Source: Candidatus Limnocylindrales bacterium (lineage in GTDB: Bacteria > Chloroflexota > Limnocylindria > Limnocylindrales > CSP1-4). Taken from it: 64,000 bases of DNA. Below are positions 37,729 through 47,305 of the stretch, piece by piece. The stretch's first letter is position 1. Every line of letters begins with the position of its first letter. A program made the translations under genes and the position numbers. The stretch lies in NCBI GenBank assembly GCA_049967415.1, contig JBMFSS010000002.1, positions 87,717-151,716 of the forward strand, written 5' to 3'. The notes beneath the pieces are model-generated. The model was not told where the DNA came from. It worked only from the letters and a program-made list of their open reading frames with translations, and ran no database searches.

Positions 37729-39378
37729 ATGTACGATCGCCGGGCTGGCGACCCGGATGGCGCGTTGGTCTGCCCCTTCGTGGCCCTGGCCGCGGACCGT
37801 GACGCGCGTTCCCAGGGCCCGGATCGGAACCACCGCTGTTACGCGGAGCCCACCCCGGCCCCGCGCGCCATCGCACACCAGCAGGAGTACTGCCTGACGG
37901 CCGCGTTCCCCGCGTGTCCCACGTTCCAGGACTGGGCGCGACGCGAGTCGGCCCGGCCGATCGCCCCGGCCGCCGGCGCCACGCCATCCGTGGCGCCTGC
38001 GCGGCAGCCGCCGGAGATGCCCGCAGCGACCGATGCTCCGGGGCCGGCTGGCGAACCGGCGGAAGGCCTGGACGAGCGAGGAGCGCCCGGATTGTGGGCC
38101 GACGCGCGCGCGTGGGCTGCGCCCCCGCCCTGGCAGGCCGGGAGCGAGGAGGATCGCGCGGGGGCAGGCGCAGGGTCCCGAGGCCCGGGCGGGCACGAGC
38201 GCGCGGCGGGATGGGGCGAGTCTGCGCTGCGCGGCGAACCACTGCAGTCCATCCCCCCTTCTGTCGAAGGCGCCCGGCCCGGCATCGACCGGCACCCCTT
38301 CGAGGAACCCGCGCCCACCGCGGGGTCCGTGCCGGAGGCCCCGGATGCCGGATCGCCCCCGCCCGCCAGTGGCCGCGAGGAAGGCGCGGCCGCACCTGGC
38401 GTTCCCGGTGCGCGACGAGTCGAGCGACGGCCGGGCGATGAGACGGCGCCTGGCCCGGGTGCGACCGGCTCGTGGGACGGCGCGCCGTGGGACACGCCCG
38501 CGTTCCTGCTGGGCCGTCGGGACGCCAGGTCTCCGGGAAACCGAAGCGAGCTGCCGACGGGCGCCCGGCCCGGCGGCCCTGAGGCCGTCTCGGCTCCGCG
38601 GACGACGCCGCCGCCGGCGCTGACGCACCCCAGCCCGGACGTGCGACCGGACGGAACCCCGCGCCCGGGCCGGGGCGGCCGGCCGGGCGCGTCACTGCCC
38701 GCGGCCGGGCTGCGGGCGCCGGCGTCCCAGCCGGGCGTGCTGGGGACGGGCTCGTCCCGGCCGAGGCCCGGGATCGGCGCTGCCCAGGAACCGGCGCCGC
38801 GCGCGGGGCTGCTCTCCCGGTCCGGGTTGGCGGGGCTGCCCGCGGCCAGGGGGTTGTTGCTGCACCGGGCCGAGGTCGGTGCCCCGGAGGACGGGATCGG
38901 TGCCGGAGCGCCAGCCTGGGAGCGCCCGCTGCGCCAGGAGCGGTTTCCCGATCTCCGCACGCGAGTGGGGCTGCCGCAGGTCCCCAGGGTGTGGCTGGGA
39001 GCCATCGCGGTCGTGGTGGCTGCGGTCGTCCTGTTTTTCCTCCCGACCCTGGCCCCGGGCTTTTTCGGGGCGCCGCGCCTGGCGACGCCGGTTGCCACCG
39101 CCAGCGTCGCCCCGACCGTGTCGCTGGCGCCGACACCGCCTCCGCTGCCGACACCCACCATCTACACCGTGGTGCAGGGCGACACGCTTTCGGTCATCGC
39201 CAGCCGCTACGGGTTGACGGTGAGCCAGTTGCTCAAGGCCAACCCCCAGATCAAGAACGCGAACCTTCTGGCGGTGGGCGACCAGATCACGATCCCGGTC
39301 AAGGGTTCCTCGATCAGCGGGGCAGCGGGCGGAGCTGCAGGCAGTACGGCGCCCGGGGGGGCAAGCGGGGCTCCCTGA
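37729..39378 (+). CDS. LysM-domain protein with Cys-rich N-terminus, long Pro/Ala/Gly-rich disordered region and a single TM helix
   Basis: N-terminus: MYDRRAGDPDGALVCPFVALAADRDARSQGPDRNHRCY...CLTAAFPACPTF (five Cys, one His). TM helix: VWLGAIAVVVAAVVLFFL. C-terminal LysM: YTVVQGDTLSVIASRYGLTVSQLLKANPQIKNANLLAVGDQITIP. Confidence 0.7.
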   Translation: MYDRRAGDPDGALVCPFVALAADRDARSQGPDRNHRCYAEPTPAPRAIAHQQEYCLTAAFPACPTFQDWARRESARPIAPAAGATPSVAPARQPPEMPAATDAPGPAGEPAEGLDERGAPGLWADARAWAAPPPWQAGSEEDRAGAGAGSRGPGGHERAAGWGESALRGEPLQSIPPSVEGARPGIDRHPFEEPAPTAGSVPEAPDAGSPPPASGREEGAAAPGVPGARRVERRPGDETAPGPGATGSWDGAPWDTPAFLLGRRDARSPGNRSELPTGARPGGPEAVSAPRTTPPPALTHPSPDVRPDGTPRPGRGGRPGASLPAAGLRAPASQPGVLGTGSSRPRPGIGAAQEPAPRAGLLSRSGLAGLPAARGLLLHRAEVGAPEDGIGAGAPAWERPLRQERFPDLRTRVGLPQVPRVWLGAIAVVVAAVVLFFLPTLAPGFFGAPRLATPVATASVAPTVSLAPTPPPLPTPTIYTVVQGDTLSVIASRYGLTVSQLLKANPQIKNANLLAVGDQITIPVKGSSISGAAGGAAGSTAPGGASGAP

Positions 39379-39477
39379 CCGGTTCATCCCGGTCCGCGTG
39401 AGGCTCCGGACTGGAACGTTCTGGCCCCGCCGGGCCGGCGCCCACGCGGGGTTGCGGTGGCCGCCTCCGGTCCCGGA

Positions 39478-40344
39478 TCAGACCTCGCGGCGTTCGAAGA
39501 GCAGGACGGCCAGCAAGAGCACGAGGCCGATCCAGGCGACGGCCCAGCCGAGCTCCCCGGGAGCGGGAGGTCCGGCGACGGAGAACGGGCTGAAGCGGCC
39601 GACCGCGACGCTCCCGGCGATTCCGCCCTGGGCCAACTGCCCGGGCGTGGGTTCCAGGCTGGCGGTGGCGCCGATCCAGAACGTGTCGCTGGGAAGGAGC
39701 CGCTGGCTGACCGCAGCGATCTGCTGCAGCGACTCGACTCCGAAGAGCGCAGCGAAGCGGCCCAGCAGGCCCAGCACCCAGGCCAGCCCGAAGAGGACCA
39801 CCGAAATGGCGCCTCCGGTGATCATCGAGAGCCGGGTGCTCAGGGCCAGTGAGAAGGTCAGGAGCACGGCCCCTTCGCCGCCCATGAACACGATCGCCTG
39901 GAGGGGGTGCGGGGGAACCCAGCCCGTGACCCACGCGCATGCGACGATCTCCGCGGCGCCCGCGACGGTCGCGTAGACCGCGACGATGACCATCAGCCCC
40001 AGCCACTTGCCCAGGACCAGCTCCGAACGGCGCACGGGTCGTGCGAGCAGCGCCAGCGCGACGCCGCTCTCCACGTCGCCCGCGATGGCCGGCGCGCCAA
40101 ACACGACGGCGATCATGGCCAGGACGAAGCTGAACATGAAGGCCACCATGATCAGCAGCTGCGAGACCGCCAGGCGGACCTGCACCTCGCTCACACCGTC
40201 CGCGCGTGCAAGCCCCACGAAGCGGTCGAATCCCCATCCGGTCACAACCACCACCAGCAGCGTCAGCCCGAGCAGGGCCCAGGCCAGCCGCCGTCGGACC
40301 GCCTCGCGGAGTGTCAGCGCGCCGAGGCGCAGGATGTTGCTCAC
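39478..40344 (-). CDS. ABC-2-type transporter permease
   Basis: ~6 TM segments. The GTG start (VSNILRLGALTL) overlaps the stop of the upstream ATPase gene (GTGA). Confidence 0.7.
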   Translation of the reverse strand: MSNILRLGALTLREAVRRRLAWALLGLTLLVVVVTGWGFDRFVGLARADGVSEVQVRLAVSQLLIMVAFMFSFVLAMIAVVFGAPAIAGDVESGVALALLARPVRRSELVLGKWLGLMVIVAVYATVAGAAEIVACAWVTGWVPPHPLQAIVFMGGEGAVLLTFSLALSTRLSMITGGAISVVLFGLAWVLGLLGRFAALFGVESLQQIAAVSQRLLPSDTFWIGATASLEPTPGQLAQGGIAGSVAVGRFSPFSVAGPPAPGELGWAVAWIGLVLLLAVLLFERREV

Positions 40345-41240
40345 CCGCGCTCTGCCCCCACCAGCGCCAGGAAGCGGTCCTCGAGGGTCTGCTGGAGCGG
40401 CTCCACCGCCTGAATCCTCCCGCCCAATCGCACCGCTTCGGCGACCAGGTCGGGGATCGCGTCCGGCTCGATTCCCTCGACGGTGAGCCGGTCTCCATCG
40501 CGGTGCACGTGGCCAAAGCGGCCCAACGAGGGGAGCACCTCGTCGGGCAGGTCGGTCGCCCGAAGAAGCACGCTGCGGCTCGACAGGAGCCCGGGCAGAG
40601 CCCCGGTGGCCACCACTCTTCCCCGGTCGACGACAGCCACCCGGTCGCACACCCGTTCGACCTCGCCGAGCAGGTGCGAGTTCAGAAAGACGGTCACGCC
40701 GTGCTCGCGGAGGCCGTGGATGATCTGGCGCACGTCCTGGCGACCCACCGGGTCCAGGGCGGAGGTCGGCTCGTCAAGAATCACCAGGTCAGGCGGCCCG
40801 AGCAGGGCCACACCAAGCCCCAGCCGCTGCTGCATCCCTTTCGAGAAGCCACCCACTCGGTCGTCCGCCCGGTCCGCCAGCCCCACCGTGAGGAGTGCCG
40901 ATCGGATCGCGCTCGCCCAGTCGGAGCGCTCGATGCGGGCCAGCGAACAGTGCAGGGCGAGCACCTCGCGCGCGGTCAGCCACGGCTGGTACCGGAACAG
41001 CTCCGGCAGGTACCCGATACGGGCCCTGGCCGAGCGATCGCCGAGCGGCGCCCCCAGCACCCATCCCGTGCCGCTCGCGGGGTAGGCAAGCCCGAGCAGG
41101 AGCTTCACGGCCGTGGTCTTGCCGGCCCCGTTCGGGCCCAGGAAACCGAAGGTCTCGCCGCGCGGTACGTCCAGGTCGAGGCCGTCCAGCGCCGTCGTGC
41201 GCCCGTACCGCTTCGTCAGGCCGACGGCGCGAATCGCCAT
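40341..41240 (-). CDS. ABC transporter ATP-binding protein
   Basis: Walker A GPNGAGKTT, signature FSKGMQQRLGL, Walker B LVILDEPTSALD. Starts at MAIRAVGLTKRYG. Confidence 0.88.
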   Translation of the reverse strand: MAIRAVGLTKRYGRTTALDGLDLDVPRGETFGFLGPNGAGKTTAVKLLLGLAYPASGTGWVLGAPLGDRSARARIGYLPELFRYQPWLTAREVLALHCSLARIERSDWASAIRSALLTVGLADRADDRVGGFSKGMQQRLGLGVALLGPPDLVILDEPTSALDPVGRQDVRQIIHGLREHGVTVFLNSHLLGEVERVCDRVAVVDRGRVVATGALPGLLSSRSVLLRATDLPDEVLPSLGRFGHVHRDGDRLTVEGIEPDAIPDLVAEAVRLGGRIQAVEPLQQTLEDRFLALVGAERG

Positions 41241-41293
41241 GCCGTCGTCCGCCGATGGCCGCGACGCGACCGGCCGCCCGCTCATGCAGGGCG

Positions 41294-41620
41294 TCAGCGG
41301 GGCGCGAGGTTGATGGCGGTGATCTTGCCGGCCTCCACGCGGAATGTCGCGTCGAGATCCTGCGACTGGGCCCCCGGCCGGACCACGAGCAGGTTGCACT
41401 CGAGGGTGTTGCCCAGGTCGCGGCCCTCGCCGGGGAGCATCTTCATCCCCCGGTCGGCGCGCAGGAACCAGCCGGCCATCTGCTCGCCCCGCAGCACCTT
41501 GACGTTGCCCATCACGTGGATGCGCATCTCGGCCTGCTCGTCGAAGAGCCGTACGGCGGCCTCGCGGTTGCCCGAGTTGAGCAGCTCGAAGAAGACGTCC
41601 ATGGTCTCTACGGCACCCAT
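41294..41620 (-). CDS. NTF2-like/SnoaL-like small protein
   Basis: ~108 aa starting MGAVETMDVFFELLNSGNREAAVRLF... It sits upstream of the ABC pair and the call is weak. Confidence 0.4.
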   Translation of the reverse strand: MGAVETMDVFFELLNSGNREAAVRLFDEQAEMRIHVMGNVKVLRGEQMAGWFLRADRGMKMLPGEGRDLGNTLECNLLVVRPGAQSQDLDATFRVEAGKITAINLAPR

Positions 41621-41789
41621 GAACGGAGTGTACGCCGCAGGCCGATGGGCAGCCGCCGATCGCGCCACCGGGCGGCCGGTGGAGGTCTCCTCCCAGCGGA
41701 AGCCTCTCGGCACGGTCCCATGCGCCTGGCGCGCCGCGGACGCTCGCAGGCTCCCTCGCCGGCGGAGCTTCAGCGTCACTCTGCTCTGT

Positions 41790-43814
41790 CTACCCGGGCG
41801 CGGCCGTTGCCTCCACGTCCAGGGCGGCACGGACCCGGCGCACCAGCTCCGCTGCCATCTCGTACCGCCCGAAGCTGGGCATCAGGTAGATCCCGTTGGC
41901 GAGCGTGCGGAGATCCTCGATCAGCTGCACCGCCAGCTCAAGGCCCCGCTCCGCGCCGCGCTCGTCGGCGGCCCGCATTGCCTCGCGGATCCCCTCGGGG
42001 ATGGTGATCCCGGGGACCTCGTTGTGCAGGAACTCCGCGTGGCGGGCCGACTGCAGCGGCAACACACCGACCAGCATGGGGACCGGCAGCCGGCGGGTGC
42101 CCCAGCGCCGCTCGATCGCGTCCGCCAGGCGGTCCCACTGGGTCCGGTCGTAGATCGGCTGGGTCATCACCAGCTGGGCGCCGGCCGCGAGCTTCTGCTC
42201 CAGCCGTGCCAGTTCGTGGTCGAGGTCGGCGGCCGTGGCATCCAGGGCGCAGGCGATCGTGAACCCGGCCCGGGCGCCGATCGGGCTGCCGGCCGCGTCT
42301 TCGCCACGGTTCAGGCGTGCCAGGATTGCGACCAGCCCGATCGAGTCGACGTCCCAGACGCCCGTGCCGGCCGGGTAGTCGCCGGTCCGGGGAGGGTCCC
42401 CGGTGAGCGCCAGGACGTCGCGGATCCCCAGAGCGTGGGCCCCCAGCAACTCGGACTCCAGCGCCATCAGGTTTCGATCGCGGGTGGTGACGTGGACCAG
42501 GCACTCCAGGCCCACGTCCCGCTGGATGGCGAATGCCACCGCCATGGCCCCCATGCGGACCCGGGCCATGGCGCTGTCGCTGATGTTGACAAGGTCGGCC
42601 CCGGCATCCCGGAGGAGCCGCGCGGCCTCCAGAGTCCGCTCGATGCGAACGGAGCGGGGTGGGTCGATCTCGACGCTGATCACGAAGCGGCCGGCGGCCA
42701 GGGCACGAGCCAGCCCGGTGGGCTCGGGGGTATCGTCAGCGGCCGCCTCCACGCGCCCTGTCCGGGGAAGCTCGTGTCCCGACGAGCGCGCGGCGAGGGG
42801 CCTGTCCGGGGGCTCGGCCGAAGGCTGGCTCGCAGGCCCGCGCTGGCCCTCGGGCGCAGGCGCGTCCTGGTGCCCGGCCCCGTGCGAGACGCTGAGCGCC
42901 GAGTCCAGGGCCGCGCGCATGGCCGCTACGTGGGCGGGCGTGGTGCCACAGCAGCCGCCCACGATCCCGGCGCCTGCCGCGAGAAAGCGCGGCACCATCC
43001 GGCCGAAGTAGTCGGGGTCGGCCGCGTAGACGAACTGGCCCTCCACGCGCTGGGGCAGTCCGGCATTGGGCATGATCGTGCGGGCCGTGGCGGAGGATCG
43101 GGGCATGCCTTCGAGCGCGTCGAGACACACCAGAGGGCCCGCGCCGCAGTTGACACCCAGCGCATCGACGCCGGCTCGGGCCAGCGCGAGCGCGGCAACC
43201 TCAGGCGTGGTGCCGTCGCTGGCGCGCAGCTCCTCGCCGAAGGTCATCTCGGCCACTACCGGGAGGTCGCACAGCTCCTGCGCCACCGCGATGGCCGCCA
43301 GCAGCTCGTCCAGGCGGCTGAACGTCTCCAGAACCAGCAGGTCCGCCCCGCCTTCCAGGAGCCCCTCCACCTGTTCGCGGAAGGCTGCCCGGACGCGCTC
43401 GCCTGAGACGCGCACCGGTCCCCGGGCCGCGGGGCCCAGCGGCCCCACCGACCCCGCCACCAGCACATCGCGGCCGGCCACGTCGCGCGCCTCGCGGGCC
43501 AGCTGGGCCGCCCGGCGGCTGATGCGGCCGGCCTCCGCGGCAAGCCCGAAGGGCGCCAGGCGCAGGCGGTTGGCGCCGAACGAACAGGTCTCGATGGCGT
43601 CGGCGCCTGCTGCCACGTACTCGCGGTGTATGGCGCTCACCAGGCCCGGACGGGTGAGCACCAGCTGGTCGAGGGAGGCTTGCTGCGGGATGCCACGGCT
43701 GTAGAGCAGCGTGCCCATGGCGCCGTCGAACAGGATGGGTCGCTGGACAATCCGTGCTCGGAACGCGGCTCGGGGATGGGAAATGCGGGTTGTCGGGTCG
43801 GAGGCATGGTCCAT
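41790..43814 (-). CDS. Bifunctional homocysteine S-methyltransferase / 5,10-methylenetetrahydrofolate reductase
   Basis: N-terminal Hcy-binding (pterin-independent) domain: ILFDGAMGTLL...GADAIETCSFGAN...GVNCG...GGCCGTTP (zinc-binding Cys). C-terminal MetF TIM barrel: FVISVEIDPP... Confidence 0.85.
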   Translation of the reverse strand: MDHASDPTTRISHPRAAFRARIVQRPILFDGAMGTLLYSRGIPQQASLDQLVLTRPGLVSAIHREYVAAGADAIETCSFGANRLRLAPFGLAAEAGRISRRAAQLAREARDVAGRDVLVAGSVGPLGPAARGPVRVSGERVRAAFREQVEGLLEGGADLLVLETFSRLDELLAAIAVAQELCDLPVVAEMTFGEELRASDGTTPEVAALALARAGVDALGVNCGAGPLVCLDALEGMPRSSATARTIMPNAGLPQRVEGQFVYAADPDYFGRMVPRFLAAGAGIVGGCCGTTPAHVAAMRAALDSALSVSHGAGHQDAPAPEGQRGPASQPSAEPPDRPLAARSSGHELPRTGRVEAAADDTPEPTGLARALAAGRFVISVEIDPPRSVRIERTLEAARLLRDAGADLVNISDSAMARVRMGAMAVAFAIQRDVGLECLVHVTTRDRNLMALESELLGAHALGIRDVLALTGDPPRTGDYPAGTGVWDVDSIGLVAILARLNRGEDAAGSPIGARAGFTIACALDATAADLDHELARLEQKLAAGAQLVMTQPIYDRTQWDRLADAIERRWGTRRLPVPMLVGVLPLQSARHAEFLHNEVPGITIPEGIREAMRAADERGAERGLELAVQLIEDLRTLANGIYLMPSFGRYEMAAELVRRVRAALDVEATAAPG

Positions 43815-43852
43815 GGTCGTGAACAGCGTACTCGACCTGGGCCGTTGATCCG

Positions 43853-44269
43853 TCAGATGCGCAGACCCAGGACCCGTTTCTCACGCAGCGCGAGGCTCAG
43901 CGCCAGCGCCACCGCACTGACGACGAGCGCCGCCATGACGGCGACCCAGAGCACCCCGAGAGTGAACGGTCGGGCCGGCCAGCCGTAGATCGTGAAGCCC
44001 AGCTGCAGCCGGTCGCTGGTGAGCGCGAGCACCAGCACCATCGCCGTGTTGATCGCCACCCCCGCCAGACCCAGAGTCAAGACGTTGAGCGGCAGCGCCA
44101 GCAATCGAGCTATCGGGCGCAGGCAGGTGTTGAGCAGGCCCAGGATGATTGCGACCAGCAGGAGCTTCCACCAGTCGGGTCCGACGTCGAACTGGAGACC
44201 GGGGACCAGCTCCACCGCGGCCAGCAGGGCCGCGGCGTTGATCCCGATCGGGATCAGCATGTCCAGCAC
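43853..44269 (-). CDS. Holin-family small membrane protein (Phage_holin_4_2/YvlD-like)
   Basis: 138 aa with 3-4 TM segments; LVPG...LNTCLRPIARLLALPLNVLTLGLAGVAINT matches the family pattern. Confidence 0.65.
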   Translation of the reverse strand: MLDMLIPIGINAAALLAAVELVPGLQFDVGPDWWKLLLVAIILGLLNTCLRPIARLLALPLNVLTLGLAGVAINTAMVLVLALTSDRLQLGFTIYGWPARPFTLGVLWVAVMAALVVSAVALALSLALREKRVLGLRI

Positions 44270-44331
44270 GCGGGCATTCTAGGTGCCCGGGCCAGCATCC
44301 GGAGCCCGCACCCGAGGCGCACCGCGCCCGG

Positions 44332-46305
44332 ATGGCGGCGCCCCGTACCATGTGCAGCGTGAACCGTCCGGCCGATCCCTACGTCCCTCCGCAGCCCGAT
44401 CCCTACGAACCGTTCGAGCCGTACGTCTTCGACTACCGGCCCCTTCCCATCACCCCCTTCGAGTACGTCCTCCGGGATTTCCTGGACGAGCTCTTCCTTG
44501 CCTATCCCGTGCTGGCGACGCGGGTGGGCGACCACCGGTTCGACAATCGCTGGCCCGATCTGTCCGGCACCGGCCGGCTGACCCGCATCGGCGCGCTGCG
44601 CCGCTGGCGGTCGCGGTTCGAACCGATGCGCGACCTCGGCCTGACCCCCGACGAGCGGGTGGACCGGCAGGTTCTCCTCGAGGCCATAGACGGCATGCTC
44701 TTCGAGGAGGAGGTCCTTCGAGAGGAGACGTGGAACCCGCTCTTCTACGTGGAGCTGCTGGGGGACGGGTTTCACCTGCTGCTGGCACGCGACTACGCGC
44801 CGTGGCACCACCGGGGCGCGGCGTTCGCCTGGCGGCTTCGCTACCTCCCGCAGGTCACCGCCGCGGCCCGCGCCAACCTGCTGGGAATGCCTGGCCGGCC
44901 GGTCTCCCGGCTCCATACGGAAGCGGCCCTGGAGCACCTGGATGGCATTGGCCAGCTCATCGACGAGGCGGTCCGCATCGCCGACAGGAACCGGTACGAC
45001 GAGGAATCGTTCCGGCTGCCGGGGCGGCTGGCCGAGGTGGTTCCGGGTGCACGCGCGGCCTTGACTGATTTCCGGGACTACCTGGAACGGGACGTCCTGC
45101 CGCGGGCGCAGGGCGATGGCCGCCTGGGTCCGGACCTCTACGCCCGCAAGCTGCGTCTCATCCTCGCCAGCGACCTGTCGCCGGCCGACCTGGCGGCCCG
45201 GGCGAACCGGGACCTGGTGGCCGTGCGGGCCGAGATGGGGCGGCTGGCGCGGGCACTCTGGCCCACCTGGATGGGCGACGCGCCGTTGCCCGTCGCGTCC
45301 CGCACGCCCAGGGCGCCGGACGGTGCGCGGCTGGCCGCCCCGGCCGAGATCCGGATGGCGCAGGGTGCCGTGGACGACGCTGACGGCCCCGTTGTGCGCG
45401 CGGTCCTCGACGCGATCTCGCGGGAGCACCGGCAGCCCGAGGAGCTGGCGGACTACTGCCGACGAGAGGTGGGCCGGATCGAGCGGTTCGTCCGTCGCAA
45501 CCAGATGATCGGGCTGCCGCACGAGCCGCTCGAGATCGCCTGGACGCCCGTCTTCATGCGTGCGCTCGGAGGCGCCTTTCTCGACCCGCCGGGCCCGCTG
45601 GAGCGCGGCCAGAAGAGCCTCCTCTTCATCACGCCGCCGGGCGAGGACTGGCCCGCGGACCGCGTGGAGTCGTACCTGCGCGAGGACAACGACCGGATGC
45701 TGCGGCTCCTCTGTATCCACGAGGCGATCCCCGGGCATTTTCTGCAGCTCGACTGGTCCAACCGGTGCCCGTCGATCGTTCGTTCCATCTTCGCGTCGGG
45801 GGCTTTCATCGAGGGCTGGGCGGTCTACATCACGCAATCGATGATGGACGTCGGCTACGGTCGGCGGGATCCGGCACTGATGCTGACCCACTGGAAGTTC
45901 TACCTGCGCTCGATCATCAACGCGCTGCTCGACGTGGGCATCCACGCCGGCTCCATGTCCGAGGACGAGGCGATGCGGCTGATGGTGGAGATCGGCTTTC
46001 AGGAAGAGCAGGAGGCGCGCGCCAAGTGGACCCGGGCGCGTCTCACGTCGGGGCAACTCTCCACCTACTACGTGGGCGCCGCGGAGCTCTGGGAGCTGGA
46101 GCTCGAGGCGCGCCGCCAATGGGCGGCCGCACACGGGGGACGGCGTGAGGACGTGGTGCCGCCGGCGCTGGTGGGCGGCTGGGGCGACGTCGGCGACTTC
46201 GACTACCGGGGGCACCTGCAGGAGCTCGTCTCGCACGGGTCGCCGCCCGTCCGCTGGCTGCGGCGGATCGTGCTGGGCGAGACCCCGGTGGCGTCCAAGG
46301 CCTGA
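44332..46305 (+). CDS. DUF885-family putative metallopeptidase
   Basis: CIHEAIPGHFLQ (HExxH-like motif characteristic of DUF885); 657 aa. Confidence 0.7.
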   Translation: MAAPRTMCSVNRPADPYVPPQPDPYEPFEPYVFDYRPLPITPFEYVLRDFLDELFLAYPVLATRVGDHRFDNRWPDLSGTGRLTRIGALRRWRSRFEPMRDLGLTPDERVDRQVLLEAIDGMLFEEEVLREETWNPLFYVELLGDGFHLLLARDYAPWHHRGAAFAWRLRYLPQVTAAARANLLGMPGRPVSRLHTEAALEHLDGIGQLIDEAVRIADRNRYDEESFRLPGRLAEVVPGARAALTDFRDYLERDVLPRAQGDGRLGPDLYARKLRLILASDLSPADLAARANRDLVAVRAEMGRLARALWPTWMGDAPLPVASRTPRAPDGARLAAPAEIRMAQGAVDDADGPVVRAVLDAISREHRQPEELADYCRREVGRIERFVRRNQMIGLPHEPLEIAWTPVFMRALGGAFLDPPGPLERGQKSLLFITPPGEDWPADRVESYLREDNDRMLRLLCIHEAIPGHFLQLDWSNRCPSIVRSIFASGAFIEGWAVYITQSMMDVGYGRRDPALMLTHWKFYLRSIINALLDVGIHAGSMSEDEAMRLMVEIGFQEEQEARAKWTRARLTSGQLSTYYVGAAELWELELEARRQWAAAHGGRREDVVPPALVGGWGDVGDFDYRGHLQELVSHGSPPVRWLRRIVLGETPVASKA

Positions 46306-46414
46306 GCGGGCACCGTGCCTGCCGTGCCGGCTGGGAACCGGGCCGCGCGCAGCGCCCGTTGCGCGGGCTATCCTCCGCTTGTGCCCGGCACGGGCCGGGG
46401 GACGGAGGTGACAG

Positions 46415-47056
46415 ATGCCGGTCATCACGATCTCGAGGCAGTTCGGGTCCGGTGGGTCGCGTGTGGCGGCGTTGGTGGCGGAGCGCCTGCACGTTGAGGT
46501 GGTCGACCAGTCGCTGATCGCCGAGGTGGCAAGGAGGGCCGCGCTCTCGCCCGAGGACGTCCAGGCGGAAGACGAGCGGCCATCCACGCTGCTCGATCGC
46601 CTGGCGCTCTCCTTCTCCCCGCTCGCGGTGGGCCTGGGTGTGGCCTGGGAGCCCCCGTATCCGGATCCCGCCTACGATCCCCGCCGCGAGGTCCTGCAGC
46701 TGACCCAGGACGTGGTGCGAGAGGTGGCCAGGTCGGGGAACGCCGTCATCGTGGGGCGGGGCGGAGCGTTCATCCTGCACGACCGCCCGGACCTGCTCTC
46801 GGTCTTCCTGCACGCAGACCCCGCCTTCCGCCGGAAGAGCGTGATGGAGCGCGAGGGGATCGACCAGGCGGCCGCCGATCGGCGTCTCCGCGAGATGGAT
46901 TCCAACCGCGCCGCGTACATCAAACAGGTCTACGGGCACGACTGGCTGGACCTGCGCCTGTACGACCTGGCCATAGATACCGGGCGACTTGGCCTGGAAA
47001 CGGCCGCCGCCGTCATCCTGGCGGCCGCGGAAGCCCGCGGCGGCACCCGCCCGTGA
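46415..47056 (+). CDS. Cytidylate-kinase-like family P-loop protein
   Basis: MPVITISRQFGSGGSRVA has the CMK-like-family N-terminal P-loop. Confidence 0.65.
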   Translation: MPVITISRQFGSGGSRVAALVAERLHVEVVDQSLIAEVARRAALSPEDVQAEDERPSTLLDRLALSFSPLAVGLGVAWEPPYPDPAYDPRREVLQLTQDVVREVARSGNAVIVGRGGAFILHDRPDLLSVFLHADPAFRRKSVMEREGIDQAAADRRLREMDSNRAAYIKQVYGHDWLDLRLYDLAIDTGRLGLETAAAVILAAAEARGGTRP

Positions 47057-47086
47057 GCTGCCGCCCGCGCGCACGAGCTGGGAACC

Positions 47087-47120
47087 GAAGTGACCCGCCG
47101 CACCAGCGACGGGTCACTTC
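47087..47120. terminator. Perfect 11-bp stem / 12-nt loop hairpin between convergent genes
   Basis: GAAGTGACCCGccgcaccagcgaCGGGTCACTTC lies 30 nt after the CMK-like stop. There is no clean U-tract, and GGGGCTTTTAT follows about 15 nt later. Confidence 0.5.
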
Positions 47121-47305
47121 GTGGAGGAGGTGAGGGGCTTTTATCTGACCCATAGTCTTGCGCTGGGCGCGTCGCAGGCCAAGTGCCGACCGGCCGTCCC
47201 GGGATGGGCCAACCGCCCGGTTGCGGCCGGTGTCGGGCCGGTTCCTGGGCCCATCAACCCGGCCCGGGTTGTGTCCATGTGCGCACGGGGGCCCGGCGCC
47301 CGCGC

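Noticed and set aside
43853-44269. Prophage, inferred from the holin-family protein
   Set aside because: No integrase, terminase, capsid or tail genes lie nearby. YvlD-type holin-like membrane proteins are common chromosomal genes.
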